From: Candidatus Multivorans sp.
GTDB lineage: Bacteria > Acidobacteriota > Thermoanaerobaculia > Multivoradales > Multivoraceae
DNA: 64,000 nt
Assembly: GCA_965224025.1 (NCBI GenBank)
Contig: OZ245033.1
Span: forward strand, 2,144,001 to 2,208,000
Direction of reading: 5' to 3'
Within the stretch, counting starts at the first letter, position 1. Each line of letters begins with the position of its first letter. Made by a program: the position numbers and the translations under genes. Below are positions 39,301-48,281 of the stretch, piece after piece. The notes beneath the pieces are model-generated. The model was not told where the DNA came from. It made no database searches and worked only from the letters and a program-made list of their open reading frames with translations.

Positions 39301-39961
39301 GACCAGTCGGGCGGCGGAAGTGAATGCGGACGGCACGTTCTCGATCGAGCGGGTTGCCGAGGGAGAGTGGACCGTGGTGGGAGTAGTCGGCTCGTCGAGC
39401 AGGCGGGCGACCCGAGGTGCCGACGTCCAAGCTGGCGAAGCCCGGGTTGATCTCATCTTCGAGGGCGCCCACGCGGTCAGCGGGATCGTGCGCCTTGACG
39501 ACGTACCGTGGTCCGGGGCACAGGTGCTGATCATGCCCGAAGGAAGGCGCGAGGGAGCACGTCGACAGTTCACGGGCCATGATGGCTCCTTCATGTTCCG
39601 TGACGTCGAGTCCGGAGGCCACTTCATCGCTGCCGGAGCGGAAGTGAGGCCGCTACGGGTCGACGGCGACGAGTGGGTCGAACTTCGCCTGGAGAGCGGC
39701 AGAGTTCTGGGTCTGGTCCTGGGGGCGACGACCGGTCTTCCCGAGGCCGAAGTGATCGTCGCGATGTGGCCTGCCGCGGCAACGCGAAGTCAGTCGGATG
39801 CGATCGGTGCGACCCGCACTTCGTGGACGAATGATCTGGGATATTCCGTCTTCGAGAGCGTGCCGTCCGGCGACTGGGTGCTGGAAGTCGTGGGGCGGCC
39901 AGGCACTCGACAGAGACTCAAGGTTGAACCGGGCCGCGACATCGCGGTGACAGTGCGGTAG
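36302..39961 (+). CDS. Large protein of repeated carboxypeptidase-regulatory-like beta-sandwich domains
   Basis: Repeated GRVVD..G.P..GA.V, TD..G.F and L..G.Y motifs. Confidence 0.75.
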   Translation: MAVLGCGRREWPGRVRSNSFGLLVGLFFVVVLVPGVLKSRQAGPEFSLRLGSPGNEVSGAGFARIHLYPVCGSFECGTNWLEGIPRPQPRWSAGLAGAGRFRPFGDESEAALEASQKDWWVVVEAGSLPVAWLWRPGTGAGDLPPVSRMAGRSCTVTVLSQEDGVPIPGAIVAPLHRRRDVGEEFYSATGTWRGWLEPAVSSQSGRAVLQVPAEGTTAVRAGAKGFRSGEALCGQAEASGGSVATVRLRRRDATREFRLTGRNGGLLADALVRDEFGWPVALGDVAGNVLLSGNSSGWWVETKSGEIYFGHPPEEAASGTIRLQPVSERVEGTVVFHAGRNLRPERPPEPTRIPSVEFWLDPPEREWSALHVNLAALRRRASDGEFDLDTLRDDRVWFTAAGRGYERCSNSDLAARNCPEMKPALPINGRVVDDRGRALASVEVELARRRSRRNGPPLRQFLRTRADGRFVSDRLPAPEGLLDYIKVAIRHPGFLPLESGISKYRTEQDEYIIELQRGVIVTGSVFDRQTGQAVAGAEVALGRFSVQGTVMSLNALSALRLGRNYTGRTDGEGRFAVRSPPGRHDLAVRTPEYAFRLVRGVDVAAVETLDLGSVLLEPGLVLRGRVVDDTSRPIAGAYVGAIAQRTPDALGRNPMVDYGDAIQLTTDSEGLFSVPGLPPYVRLDVTVAAAGFAARTLRGLTPGAEPVEVQLGPGAVLTGRLTRGGEPVGGSFELFGTASRGFRDPLTRDPGYVTSGPIASDGAFEVAHLAAGRYRLLVRSVDGREKRAIVELDAGDERRLELDLDSRSGRVVGRVVDRRIGLPGATVRLNRTLATVTDATGHFVFDDVSAGTAVLEADLGNGEAVRTRTVRVRGGETRVTLDFCRYEISGRALLPRRARGAGDLRLMFWSSDSPGAESTTATPNAGGYFGVRLRSGEYDVGGRFNGRRVFAPKKLRVSGDAADVNLRLRFVPSGRIVGRVHGLAEDELATLRVEAVNHALTSRAAEVNADGTFSIERVAEGEWTVVGVVGSSSRRATRGADVQAGEARVDLIFEGAHAVSGIVRLDDVPWSGAQVLIMPEGRREGARRQFTGHDGSFMFRDVESGGHFIAAGAEVRPLRVDGDEWVELRLESGRVLGLVLGATTGLPEAEVIVAMWPAAATRSQSDAIGATRTSWTNDLGYSVFESVPSGDWVLEVVGRPGTRQRLKVEPGRDIAVTVR

Positions 39962-40062
39962 TTCTCGAGGCGCCGGGTCGGTCGAAGCGGGATTGCGGCG
40001 TCGGTCGGTCGGAGGTCCGGGAGTTGCCCGTTGCTATAGTCGTTGCTCGCGTGAACGAGCTC

Positions 40063-40815
40063 ATGAGCCGCACTTGTGCCGCGTTGACGGTCGCCCTGCT
40101 CCTCACCGCCGCCGGCGCGGCTGCTCAGCCGGAGGACCCGCCGCTCGAGGTTCTGATGCTCGCCACCGACGACGCGATGCGCGGCGACTCCAGCGAGAGC
40201 CGGATCACGATGCGGATCCGGACCGAGCGTTGGCAGCGGGAGTTGCGGCTCCACGTCGTCTCTGAGGGCAGCGAGAAGGCGCTGGTGCGGATCGAAGCGC
40301 CGGCCAAGGAGCGGGGCACGGCAACGCTCAAGGTCGAGCAGAACATCTGGAACTACCTGCCGAAGGTCGACCGGACGATCAAGGTGCCGGCGTCGATGAT
40401 GCAGGCGGCGTGGATGGGCAGCCACTTCACGAACGACGACCTGGTGCATGAGTCCCGCTACAGCGAGGACTTCGAGTGCGCCTACCGGGAGCGGCCGGCG
40501 GACGAGTCGGGCCATTGGGTCGTGCGCTGCGTGCCGCTGCCGGATGCCCCCGTCGTGTGGGGCGCGATCGACGCCCGGTTTCGGGCGCGGGATTTTCTGC
40601 TCGACCAGGCGGAGTACTTCGACGAGCGCCAACGGCTTGTGCGCACGATTCGTTACGAGGACTTCGGTCCCCTGGGCGGCAGGACGCTGCCGCGTCGGAT
40701 GCGGGTGATCCCTGCGGACGAAGCCTCTGAGTTCACCGAAATCGTCTACGAGGAGCACGCGTTCGACATCGATCTGCCGCCGGGTACGTTCTCGTTGCAG
40801 TCGTTGCGGCGGTGA
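40063..40815 (+). CDS. LolA-like outer membrane lipoprotein-sorting protein
   Basis: Signal peptide; APAKERGTATLK, IWNYLPKVDR, WMGSHFTNDDL. Confidence 0.85.
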   Translation: MSRTCAALTVALLLTAAGAAAQPEDPPLEVLMLATDDAMRGDSSESRITMRIRTERWQRELRLHVVSEGSEKALVRIEAPAKERGTATLKVEQNIWNYLPKVDRTIKVPASMMQAAWMGSHFTNDDLVHESRYSEDFECAYRERPADESGHWVVRCVPLPDAPVVWGAIDARFRARDFLLDQAEYFDERQRLVRTIRYEDFGPLGGRTLPRRMRVIPADEASEFTEIVYEEHAFDIDLPPGTFSLQSLRR

Positions 40816-40895
40816 CTTCAGCACGAGGCGTGGCGGGATGAAGATGGAGTCGCGCCACCTCGATCGAGAGGACTGCTGGTGATTCCAGACGCTGC

Positions 40896-42122
40896 ATGAA
40901 GATACTCCGCATGGCCTGGCGCAACCTGTGGCGCAACGGTCGCCGCACTCTGGTGACGGTCGGCGCGATGACCTTGGCCCTGTGGGCGATGGTGATCTAC
41001 ACCTCGCTCATGGAGGGGATGCTCGGCAGCATGGAGAGCACCCTGCTCGATGTGGAGCTGGGCGAGATCCAGATTCACGCGGAGGGCTACCGGGAACGGC
41101 CGTCGATCTGGGAGCGGATCGAGGATCCGGACGCGCTGCTCGAGGCCCTGGAAGAGACCGGGCTGCGTTCGAGCGCGCGCCTGCTCGGGGGGGCCCTGGT
41201 CGCTTCAGGCGACGCGTCGACCGGAGCGCTGCTCAAGGGCCTGCAGCCGGAGCGCGACGCCACGGTCAGCGATGTCTACCAGCGGCTCGATCGGGGCGAG
41301 TGGCTCGATTCGTCCGATCCCGAAGGCGTCGTGCTGGGGTACCGGTTGGCGCGGACGCTGGGCATCGGGGTCGGCGACGAACTCGTGGCGCTCAGCCAGG
41401 CGACCGACGGCAGCATGGCGAACGATCTGTTCCAGGTGCGCGGCGTACTCCAGAGCCTGAGTGAGGAGACGGACCGGGCGACGGTGTTTCTGGTCGAGGA
41501 GCAATTCCGGAGCTTCTTCGTGCTTCAGGATGGCGCCCACCAGGTCATCGTCCGCAGCGGGGAGGGTCAGGATCTGACTGCTGCGGCAGGCGTCGTCGCC
41601 GATGCCGCGGCCATGAGCTCCCCCGAGGCCGAGGTGCGGAGTTGGCGCGAACTCCTGCCGGGTCTGGCCAACGTCTTCGACTCGGCTCAAGCCGCAGTCC
41701 AGGTCGTGGCGTTCATCGTGTACGTGGTGATCGCGATCCTGATCCTGAACGCGATGCTGATGGCGGTCTTCGAGCGGATCCGGGAGTTCGGTGTGCTCAA
41801 GGCGATCGGGGTGTCCCCAGGAAGAGTTCTGACGCTCATCCTGGTCGAGGGCGCGTTGCAGACCGCCCTGGCGATCGCGGTGGGATTGACGGCGAGTCTG
41901 CCGGCGCTCTGGTTCGTAGTCGAGCGGGGGATCGATGTCGGGACCTTGGGCGGAACGGCGTTGATGGGTGTCTCGATGGACCAGATCTGGACCGGCGCGA
42001 TCAGTCCGGCCACGATCGCGGGGCCGGTCGCCATTCTGGTGTTCATCGTCGCGCTGGCGGTGATGTTCCCGGCGATCAAGGCGGCGCGGATCAGCCCGAT
42101 CGAGGCGATCCACCACCAGTAG
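40896..42122 (+). CDS. ABC transporter permease, FtsX/MacB/LolE-like
   Basis: MAWRNLWRN.RRT, MAVFERIREFGVLKAIG. Confidence 0.9.
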   Translation: MKILRMAWRNLWRNGRRTLVTVGAMTLALWAMVIYTSLMEGMLGSMESTLLDVELGEIQIHAEGYRERPSIWERIEDPDALLEALEETGLRSSARLLGGALVASGDASTGALLKGLQPERDATVSDVYQRLDRGEWLDSSDPEGVVLGYRLARTLGIGVGDELVALSQATDGSMANDLFQVRGVLQSLSEETDRATVFLVEEQFRSFFVLQDGAHQVIVRSGEGQDLTAAAGVVADAAAMSSPEAEVRSWRELLPGLANVFDSAQAAVQVVAFIVYVVIAILILNAMLMAVFERIREFGVLKAIGVSPGRVLTLILVEGALQTALAIAVGLTASLPALWFVVERGIDVGTLGGTALMGVSMDQIWTGAISPATIAGPVAILVFIVALAVMFPAIKAARISPIEAIHHQ

Positions 42123-42162
42123 ATGCGGTGGGGAACGTGAGAAGGGAAGGAAGGGAGAGAAC

Positions 42163-43410
42163 GTGAGCGGACCCAACGTGACGGCACTGGCCTGGCGCAA
42201 CCTGTGGCGGAACCGGCGGCGGACCCTGTTGACGATGGGCTCGATCGTCTTCGGCGTGTTCCTGGCGGTCGTGTTCACCGCCATGCAGGACCGCAACTGG
42301 AAGGACATGATCGATCTGGCCGCCCGGCTCGGTGGCGGCCACGTCAGCCTGCAGCATCCCGAGTACCTCGACAAGCCGACCCTGACGCGCACCGTCGTTC
42401 GCGGCGAAGCGGTGGAGGCGGCGCTCGAAGGCGAGCACGGTCGAATGGCGCACGCGGTCGACCGGGTGATCGGACCGACGATGCTGGCGACGGCGGGCGA
42501 GAACTTCAGCGCCGCCTTCATCGCCTTCGATCCGGGGGCGGAGGACAAGACGACCCTCTCGATCCTGGAAGCGCTCGACGAGGGAGCGGCCCTTGAGTCG
42601 GGCGACGCCGGCGGCGTGATCCTCGGTCACCGTCTGGCCAGCAATCTGGGCATGGAGCTCGGCGACAAGGTGGTCTACACCCTGACCGACAGGAACGGGG
42701 AGATCGTGAGCGGCCTGGCGCGGTTGCGGGGAACGCTCAGGACCAACGCCCCGACCGTCGACGGCGGGTTCTGCCTGTTGCCGCTCGATACCGTACGGGA
42801 CTTGCTTGGCTACGGTGACAACGAGGCCACCATGGTCGCCGTGTTTCTTCATGATCAGCGGCAGAGCGGTCGGGTCGCCGGCCGGTTGGACCGGGAACTT
42901 GGCGCCGCCGTGGCGGCGGTGCCCTGGAACACGAGCCAGCCGCAACTGGCGGCGTTCATCGGGCTCAAGGTCGGCGGCGCGGTGGTCATGGAGATCCTGA
43001 TCGCCTTTCTGGTCGCGGCCGGGATCTTCAACACCCTCTTCGTGAGCGTGATGGAGCGGCTGCGGGAGTTCGGGATCATGTTGGCCATCGGCTGGAGTCC
43101 GGGCCGGCTGTTCCGGCTGGTGATGATGGAGAGCGTGTGGCTGGCGGCGCTCGGTCTCGTCGGCGCGTTCCTGATCACGGCCGGGCCCTACCTGTACCTT
43201 TCGTCGACGGGCCTCGACCTGACCGCGGTCTACGGCGGCACGGTGGAAGTCGCCGGCGTGGGCCTCGATCCGGTGCTCAAGATCGGCATCTTCCCGCGCA
43301 ACGCGGTGATGATCGGCCTGTTCGCGGTCGTGGCCACCCTGGCTTCAGGCATCTATCCGGCCTGGCGCGCGGGCAGGGTGGAGCCGGTCGAGACCATCAA
43401 GGTGGTGTGA
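42163..43410 (+). CDS. ABC transporter permease, FtsX/MacB/LolE-like
   Basis: LAWRNLWRNRRRT, VSVMERLREFGIMLAIG. Confidence 0.9.
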   Translation: MSGPNVTALAWRNLWRNRRRTLLTMGSIVFGVFLAVVFTAMQDRNWKDMIDLAARLGGGHVSLQHPEYLDKPTLTRTVVRGEAVEAALEGEHGRMAHAVDRVIGPTMLATAGENFSAAFIAFDPGAEDKTTLSILEALDEGAALESGDAGGVILGHRLASNLGMELGDKVVYTLTDRNGEIVSGLARLRGTLRTNAPTVDGGFCLLPLDTVRDLLGYGDNEATMVAVFLHDQRQSGRVAGRLDRELGAAVAAVPWNTSQPQLAAFIGLKVGGAVVMEILIAFLVAAGIFNTLFVSVMERLREFGIMLAIGWSPGRLFRLVMMESVWLAALGLVGAFLITAGPYLYLSSTGLDLTAVYGGTVEVAGVGLDPVLKIGIFPRNAVMIGLFAVVATLASGIYPAWRAGRVEPVETIKVV

Positions 43411-43411
43411 C

Positions 43412-44104
43412 GTGGGCGGCGATCCGATCATCTCGCTCCGGGACGTGACCAAGGTCTACCGGCAGGGCAGCGTGGACATCCACGCCCTTCGGGGCGTCTC
43501 ACTGGACATCGAGGCGGGCGAGTTCACCGCCATCTGCGGGCCTTCCGGCTCCGGGAAGACGACCAGTCTGAACCTGATCGGCGCGCTCGACGGGGTGACC
43601 TCGGGTTCGATCTCGCTCGAGGGGCAGGAGTTGGCCAACCTGAACAAGAAGCAATTGAGCGCGCTGCGCCGCGACCGGATCGGCTTCGTGTTCCAGGCCT
43701 ACAACCTGATGCCGGTGCTCACGGCGTACGAGAACGCCGAGATGGTGCTCTGGGTTCAGGGCGTCGACGCGGCGAGGCGTCGCGAACGGGTGATGGGACT
43801 GCTCGAAAAGGTGGGCCTGAAGGGCATGGAGGATCGCCGTCCGTCCGAACTGTCGGGCGGGCAGCAGCAACGGGTGGCGATCGCTCGCGCCATTGCCAGC
43901 AACCCGGCGGTGGTGCTTGCCGACGAGCCGACGGCGAACGTCGACTCGGAGACCGCGGAGACCCTTCTGGGCTTGATGGAGACTCTCAATAGGGAGCAGG
44001 GCGTGACCTTCCTGTTCTCGACCCATGATCCGCAGGTGATGGAACGGGCCCGCCGGGTGGTGCGCCTGGTCGATGGCAGCGTCGCGAGCGACGAGCGGCG
44101 CTAG
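43412..44104 (+). CDS. ABC transporter ATP-binding protein, LolD-like
   Basis: GPSGSGKT, LSGGQQQRV, LADEPT, STHD. Confidence 0.93.
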   Translation: MGGDPIISLRDVTKVYRQGSVDIHALRGVSLDIEAGEFTAICGPSGSGKTTSLNLIGALDGVTSGSISLEGQELANLNKKQLSALRRDRIGFVFQAYNLMPVLTAYENAEMVLWVQGVDAARRRERVMGLLEKVGLKGMEDRRPSELSGGQQQRVAIARAIASNPAVVLADEPTANVDSETAETLLGLMETLNREQGVTFLFSTHDPQVMERARRVVRLVDGSVASDERR

Positions 44105-45368
44105 GCCGGCCGGCGTGGTGGCCGGGGTGTTGCTGCTGGCAGTGGCGGCGCCGTCGGCGGGGCAGACCGTGGTGGGCGGGGACGTGCGGATCTTCGCCTT
44201 CCAGGTCCTGGAAGAGATCGACCTGGGCGGCGACGGGGACCCTTCCGCCGGGGACGCCGAAGACGCCGGGTTGGGCGGCGCCGGCGGTGTAGAACTCGGG
44301 ATCCTCCGACTCAAACTCGACTCCCGCTGGCAAGCGGGATCCGGTGACCGCTTCCGTTTCGAGGTGCACGGCGTGGCGCAGGCGGTGTCGCCTCCTGGCA
44401 GCGGCTCCGTCACGTCGGTGGCGACCGGCACCACGCGGCGCTTCTTCGACCTGGAGTCCGACTCCTTCGGCGGCGTCGATGTGGCCGGCGCCACCGAAGT
44501 CGACCGCTTCAACCTGCGCTGGGACCGGCCCGGCTTCCGGATGGTGTTCGGGCGTCAGGGGATCACCTGGGGAGTGAACTACTTCTGGCCCGTGCTCGAC
44601 CTGTTCGCTCCGTTCGCGCCGCGGCGCATCGACCGCGAGTACAAGCCCGGAGTCGACGCGCTTCGGTTCACCGTGCCGGTGAGCGACTTTTCCGAGGTCG
44701 AGGTCATCGCGGCGAGTCAGGGCGCTCAGACCCCCGACGACCTGAGCTTCGCCTCCCTGGGCCGCTTCCACAGCGAACTCGGCGAAGGCCACTCGAGCCT
44801 CGATTTCGGGTACATGGTCGGCGGCTTCCATCGCGACCTGGTCCTCGGCGGTTTCTTCTCGGCCGATGTCTGCGGCACCGGCCTGCGCGGCGAGGTCTCC
44901 TGGACCAGTCCCGGCTGCGACCCCAGGAGCGGTCACCCGGCGTTCGGTTGCGGCGACTTCTGGCGTTTCACGGTGGGCGTCGACCGGTTGTTGACGCCCA
45001 CTCTGACCCTGATCGCCGAGGCGAGCTGGAACGGCTTCGGCGCCGGCGACCCCGGGGATTACGCGCTGCTGGTCGACGCCGACCGCGTGCAGCGGGGCGA
45101 AGTCGTGTCGCTGGGGCGGCGTTACGCCGCTGTCTCGCTCGCGTGGCAAGCCCACCCGCTTCTGACCGTCAGCGGCGCGGTGTTGCTCAACCGGGAGGAT
45201 TCCTCGGCGCTGTTCCAGCCCGGCATCGCCTGGTCCGTGTCCGACGAGGTGTCGATCGGCGCGGGCCTGATCGTGACGACCGGGCGAGGCATTCGGGACG
45301 GGGTTCTGGGCAGTGAGTACGGGGCGGTGCCGGTGGTGGCGTGGTCGTCCCTGACGGCCTACTTCTGA
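44073..45368 (+). CDS. Putative outer-membrane beta-barrel protein
   Basis: Signal peptide, GRQ.ITWG, DREYKPGVDA, alternating strands, terminal YF. Confidence 0.7.
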   Translation: MAASRATSGARPAGVVAGVLLLAVAAPSAGQTVVGGDVRIFAFQVLEEIDLGGDGDPSAGDAEDAGLGGAGGVELGILRLKLDSRWQAGSGDRFRFEVHGVAQAVSPPGSGSVTSVATGTTRRFFDLESDSFGGVDVAGATEVDRFNLRWDRPGFRMVFGRQGITWGVNYFWPVLDLFAPFAPRRIDREYKPGVDALRFTVPVSDFSEVEVIAASQGAQTPDDLSFASLGRFHSELGEGHSSLDFGYMVGGFHRDLVLGGFFSADVCGTGLRGEVSWTSPGCDPRSGHPAFGCGDFWRFTVGVDRLLTPTLTLIAEASWNGFGAGDPGDYALLVDADRVQRGEVVSLGRRYAAVSLAWQAHPLLTVSGAVLLNREDSSALFQPGIAWSVSDEVSIGAGLIVTTGRGIRDGVLGSEYGAVPVVAWSSLTAYF

Positions 45369-45400
45369 GAGCTTCCATGCGAGCTCGGCGCCGGCGGATC

Positions 45401-45418
45401 TTTACCAGTTGTTCACCT
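45401..45418 (+). promoter_or_regulatory. Candidate Pho box upstream of pstS
   Basis: tttacc and ttcacc half-sites 11 bp apart. Confidence 0.45.
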
Positions 45419-45478
45419 GCGGTGGGGTACGCTGCCCGTCGGTAGAAAGCTGTACGACTGCGCGACATTGGTACCCAT

Positions 45479-46363
45479 ATGAAGACTGCGAGAGTAGCCC
45501 TGAGCGCCTGTTGTCTGGCGCTTGCCGCCCTGGTTGTCGCATGCGGCGGCGGCGGTTCCCGCAACCTGATCCAGAACAAGGGCTCGGACACCCTGGTCAA
45601 TGTCGCCCAGGCGTGGGCGGAGAGCTACGCCTCCGTGGCGACCGAGACCGTCGTCGCGGTGTCGGGGGGCGGCTCCGGCACCGGTATCGCGGCGATGATC
45701 AACGGCACGGTCGACATCGCGAACTCGAGCCGCAAGATGAAGGACTCCGAGCTCGAACTGGCGCGCGGAAACGGCAACGAGCCGATCGAGTTCGTCGTCG
45801 GCTTCGACGCGCTGGCGGTGTACGTCCATCCCGACAACCCGCTCGACCAGGTTTCGCTGGAGCAGTTGGCCGAGCTCTACGGTGAGGGCGGCGACCTTGA
45901 CACCTGGAGCCAGCTCGGCGTCGAGGTGCCCGGCTGCGGCAGTGACGAGATCGTCCGCGTCAGCCGCCAGAACAACTCCGGCACCTACGTCTACTTCCGC
46001 GAGGCGGTGCTGGGAGAGCGGCGCGACTTCAGGCTCGGTTCGCGCGACATGCACGGCTCGAAGGACGTGGTCGATCTTGTCGAGAACACGCCCTGCGCGA
46101 TCGGCTACAGCGGCCTCGCCTACGCGACGGACCATGTGAAGATGCCCTGCGTCAAGAAGAGTGAGGACGGCGAGTGCGTGTCTCCGGCAGTCGAGACGGC
46201 GATCGACGGTTCCTATCCGGTCGCGCGTCCGCTGTTCATGTACACGGCGGGCGAGCCTCAGGGCGCCATCCGGGAGTACCTCGACTGGGTGTTGAGCGAC
46301 GAGGGCCAGTGCATCGTCTATGAGAAGGGGTATGCGCCGCGCGGCGACGTGGACTGCTCCTGA
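45479..46363 (+). CDS. pstS: Phosphate ABC transporter substrate-binding lipoprotein
   Basis: Lipobox, KGSDT, GGGSGTGI, RQNNSGT, YPVARPLFMY. Confidence 0.93.
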   Translation: MKTARVALSACCLALAALVVACGGGGSRNLIQNKGSDTLVNVAQAWAESYASVATETVVAVSGGGSGTGIAAMINGTVDIANSSRKMKDSELELARGNGNEPIEFVVGFDALAVYVHPDNPLDQVSLEQLAELYGEGGDLDTWSQLGVEVPGCGSDEIVRVSRQNNSGTYVYFREAVLGERRDFRLGSRDMHGSKDVVDLVENTPCAIGYSGLAYATDHVKMPCVKKSEDGECVSPAVETAIDGSYPVARPLFMYTAGEPQGAIREYLDWVLSDEGQCIVYEKGYAPRGDVDCS

Positions 46364-46424
46364 ACCGGGCGTTCAACAGCAGACTCCAGCATGACGCGGC
46401 GCCCGCAGTTTCGAGGCGGCCGGC

Positions 46425-47393
46425 GTGGCTGACATGACGCACGCCGCCGACCGGCGCGATCTTGCCTGGTGGGTCGACCGGGCGATGCAGGTCCTCGTCC
46501 TGGCGGGCGGCTTGTCGGCGATCGTCTTCATCGCTGGCATCTTCGTCTTCATCACGAGGGAGGGCGCCGGTTTCGTCTTTGATCCCATGGATGGAGGGTT
46601 GCGGGACTTCCGCGAGTTCTTCTTCTCGCCGCGTTGGACGCCGACATCGAACCACAACCCGACCTACGGCGCACTGGCCCTGATCGCGGGCACGGCCTCG
46701 GTCACCGGTCTCGCCATGGTCGTGTCCGTGCCGTTCTCGCTGGGCGCGGCGATCTACATCGGCGAGTTCGCCACCGGCCGCGTACGCGAGACGCTCAAGG
46801 TGCTGGTGGAGCTTCTGGCAGCGATCCCGTCGGTGGTCTGGGGCTTCATCGGCCTCTCGATCATGAACCCGCTGATCATTCAAGTCTTCGACGTGCCGGT
46901 GGGCCTCAACGTCCTGAACTCCGGGATCATCCTGGGCTTGATGGCGGCGCCGATCATGACCACGATCGCCGAGGACGCTCTCAAGGCGGTGCCCGACGGC
47001 TACCGTGAGGCCGCCGAGGCGATGGGGGCGACGCGCTGGCAGGTGACCTTCAAGGTGGTGCTGCCCGCGGCCCGCAACGGACTCGTCGCGGCCACGCTGC
47101 TCGGTGTCGGGCGCGGCTTCGGCGAGACGATGGCGGTGCTGATGGCGAGCGGCCACTCGATCAACCTGCCGACCAGCCCCTTCGACTCGGTGCGGGCGCT
47201 GACCGCGACGATCGCGGCCGAACTGGGGGAGACGGCCGCCGGTTCCGACCACTACCAGGCCCTGTTCACGCTCGGCATCTTCCTGTTCCTGGTCACCTTC
47301 GCGATCAACTTCGCGGCGGACGTCTTCGTCCGGGGTGGCAGGCGCAAGCACCGCCGCCGGGGTCGTCGGCCGGCCGCGTCGGCGAACCCATAG
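46425..47393 (+). CDS. pstC: Phosphate ABC transporter permease
   Basis: ELLAAIPSVVWG, GRGFGETMAV. Confidence 0.93.
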   Translation: MADMTHAADRRDLAWWVDRAMQVLVLAGGLSAIVFIAGIFVFITREGAGFVFDPMDGGLRDFREFFFSPRWTPTSNHNPTYGALALIAGTASVTGLAMVVSVPFSLGAAIYIGEFATGRVRETLKVLVELLAAIPSVVWGFIGLSIMNPLIIQVFDVPVGLNVLNSGIILGLMAAPIMTTIAEDALKAVPDGYREAAEAMGATRWQVTFKVVLPAARNGLVAATLLGVGRGFGETMAVLMASGHSINLPTSPFDSVRALTATIAAELGETAAGSDHYQALFTLGIFLFLVTFAINFAADVFVRGGRRKHRRRGRRPAASANP

Positions 47394-47411
47394 CGATGCG
47401 CAGGACACCGC

Positions 47412-48281
47412 ATGTTTGAAGCGACCGCACAGAACCGCCGCAACCGGAGGGTCGAGGGCCTGTTCCGGCTGCTGTTCCTGTGGATGACCTGCATGCTCAT
47501 CCTGCCGGTCGCCCTCATCCTCGGCGTTCTCATCGTCCGCGGCGGACCGGCGATCTCGTGGGAGTTCCTGTTTACCCAGCCGATCAACAACATGACCGCG
47601 GGCGGCATTCTGCCGGCCCTCGTCGGCACGGTGTGGCTGGTGGTCGTTGCCCTGATCGCCTCGGTGCCAGTCGGCGTGGCGGCGGCCCTCTACCTCAGTG
47701 AGTACGCGCCCGACAACCGCCTCACAAGAGCCATCAACCTGGCGATCATCAACCTGGCCGGCGTGCCGTCGATCGTGCATGCCCTGTTCGGCCTCGGCGC
47801 CTTCGTCATCTTCTTTCGCTTCGGCACGAGCATCCTGGCGGCGAGCCTGACGCTGGCGGTGATGACCCTGCCGGTGGTTATCGTGGCGACCCGCGAATCG
47901 CTGCAGACCGTACCGCTCGCCTTCCGGGAGGCGTGCTGGAACATGGGCGCGACGCGCTGGCAGACGATCCGCAAGGTGGTGCTGCCCAACTCGATCAGCG
48001 GCATCCTGACCGGGGTGATCCTCGAGGTCTCTCGCACCGCGGGCGAGACCGCGCCGATCATGTTCACGGGCGCTGCGTTCTTCCTGCCCTTCCTGCCGCA
48101 GGGCGTGCTCGACCAGACGATGGCGATGTCGCTGCACCTGTTCGTCATTTCGACCCAGGTGCCTGACGTGCCGGAGCACATGCCCTTCGGCGTCGCCCTG
48201 GTTCTGATCTCCATGGTGCTGGCGATGAACGGGCTGTCGATCGCTTTCCGCGTTTACCTGCGTGGGCGCAAGAAGTGGTGA
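47412..48281 (+). CDS. pstA: Phosphate ABC transporter permease
   Basis: NLAGVPSIV, RTAGETAPI. Confidence 0.93.
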   Translation: MFEATAQNRRNRRVEGLFRLLFLWMTCMLILPVALILGVLIVRGGPAISWEFLFTQPINNMTAGGILPALVGTVWLVVVALIASVPVGVAAALYLSEYAPDNRLTRAINLAIINLAGVPSIVHALFGLGAFVIFFRFGTSILAASLTLAVMTLPVVIVATRESLQTVPLAFREACWNMGATRWQTIRKVVLPNSISGILTGVILEVSRTAGETAPIMFTGAAFFLPFLPQGVLDQTMAMSLHLFVISTQVPDVPEHMPFGVALVLISMVLAMNGLSIAFRVYLRGRKKW

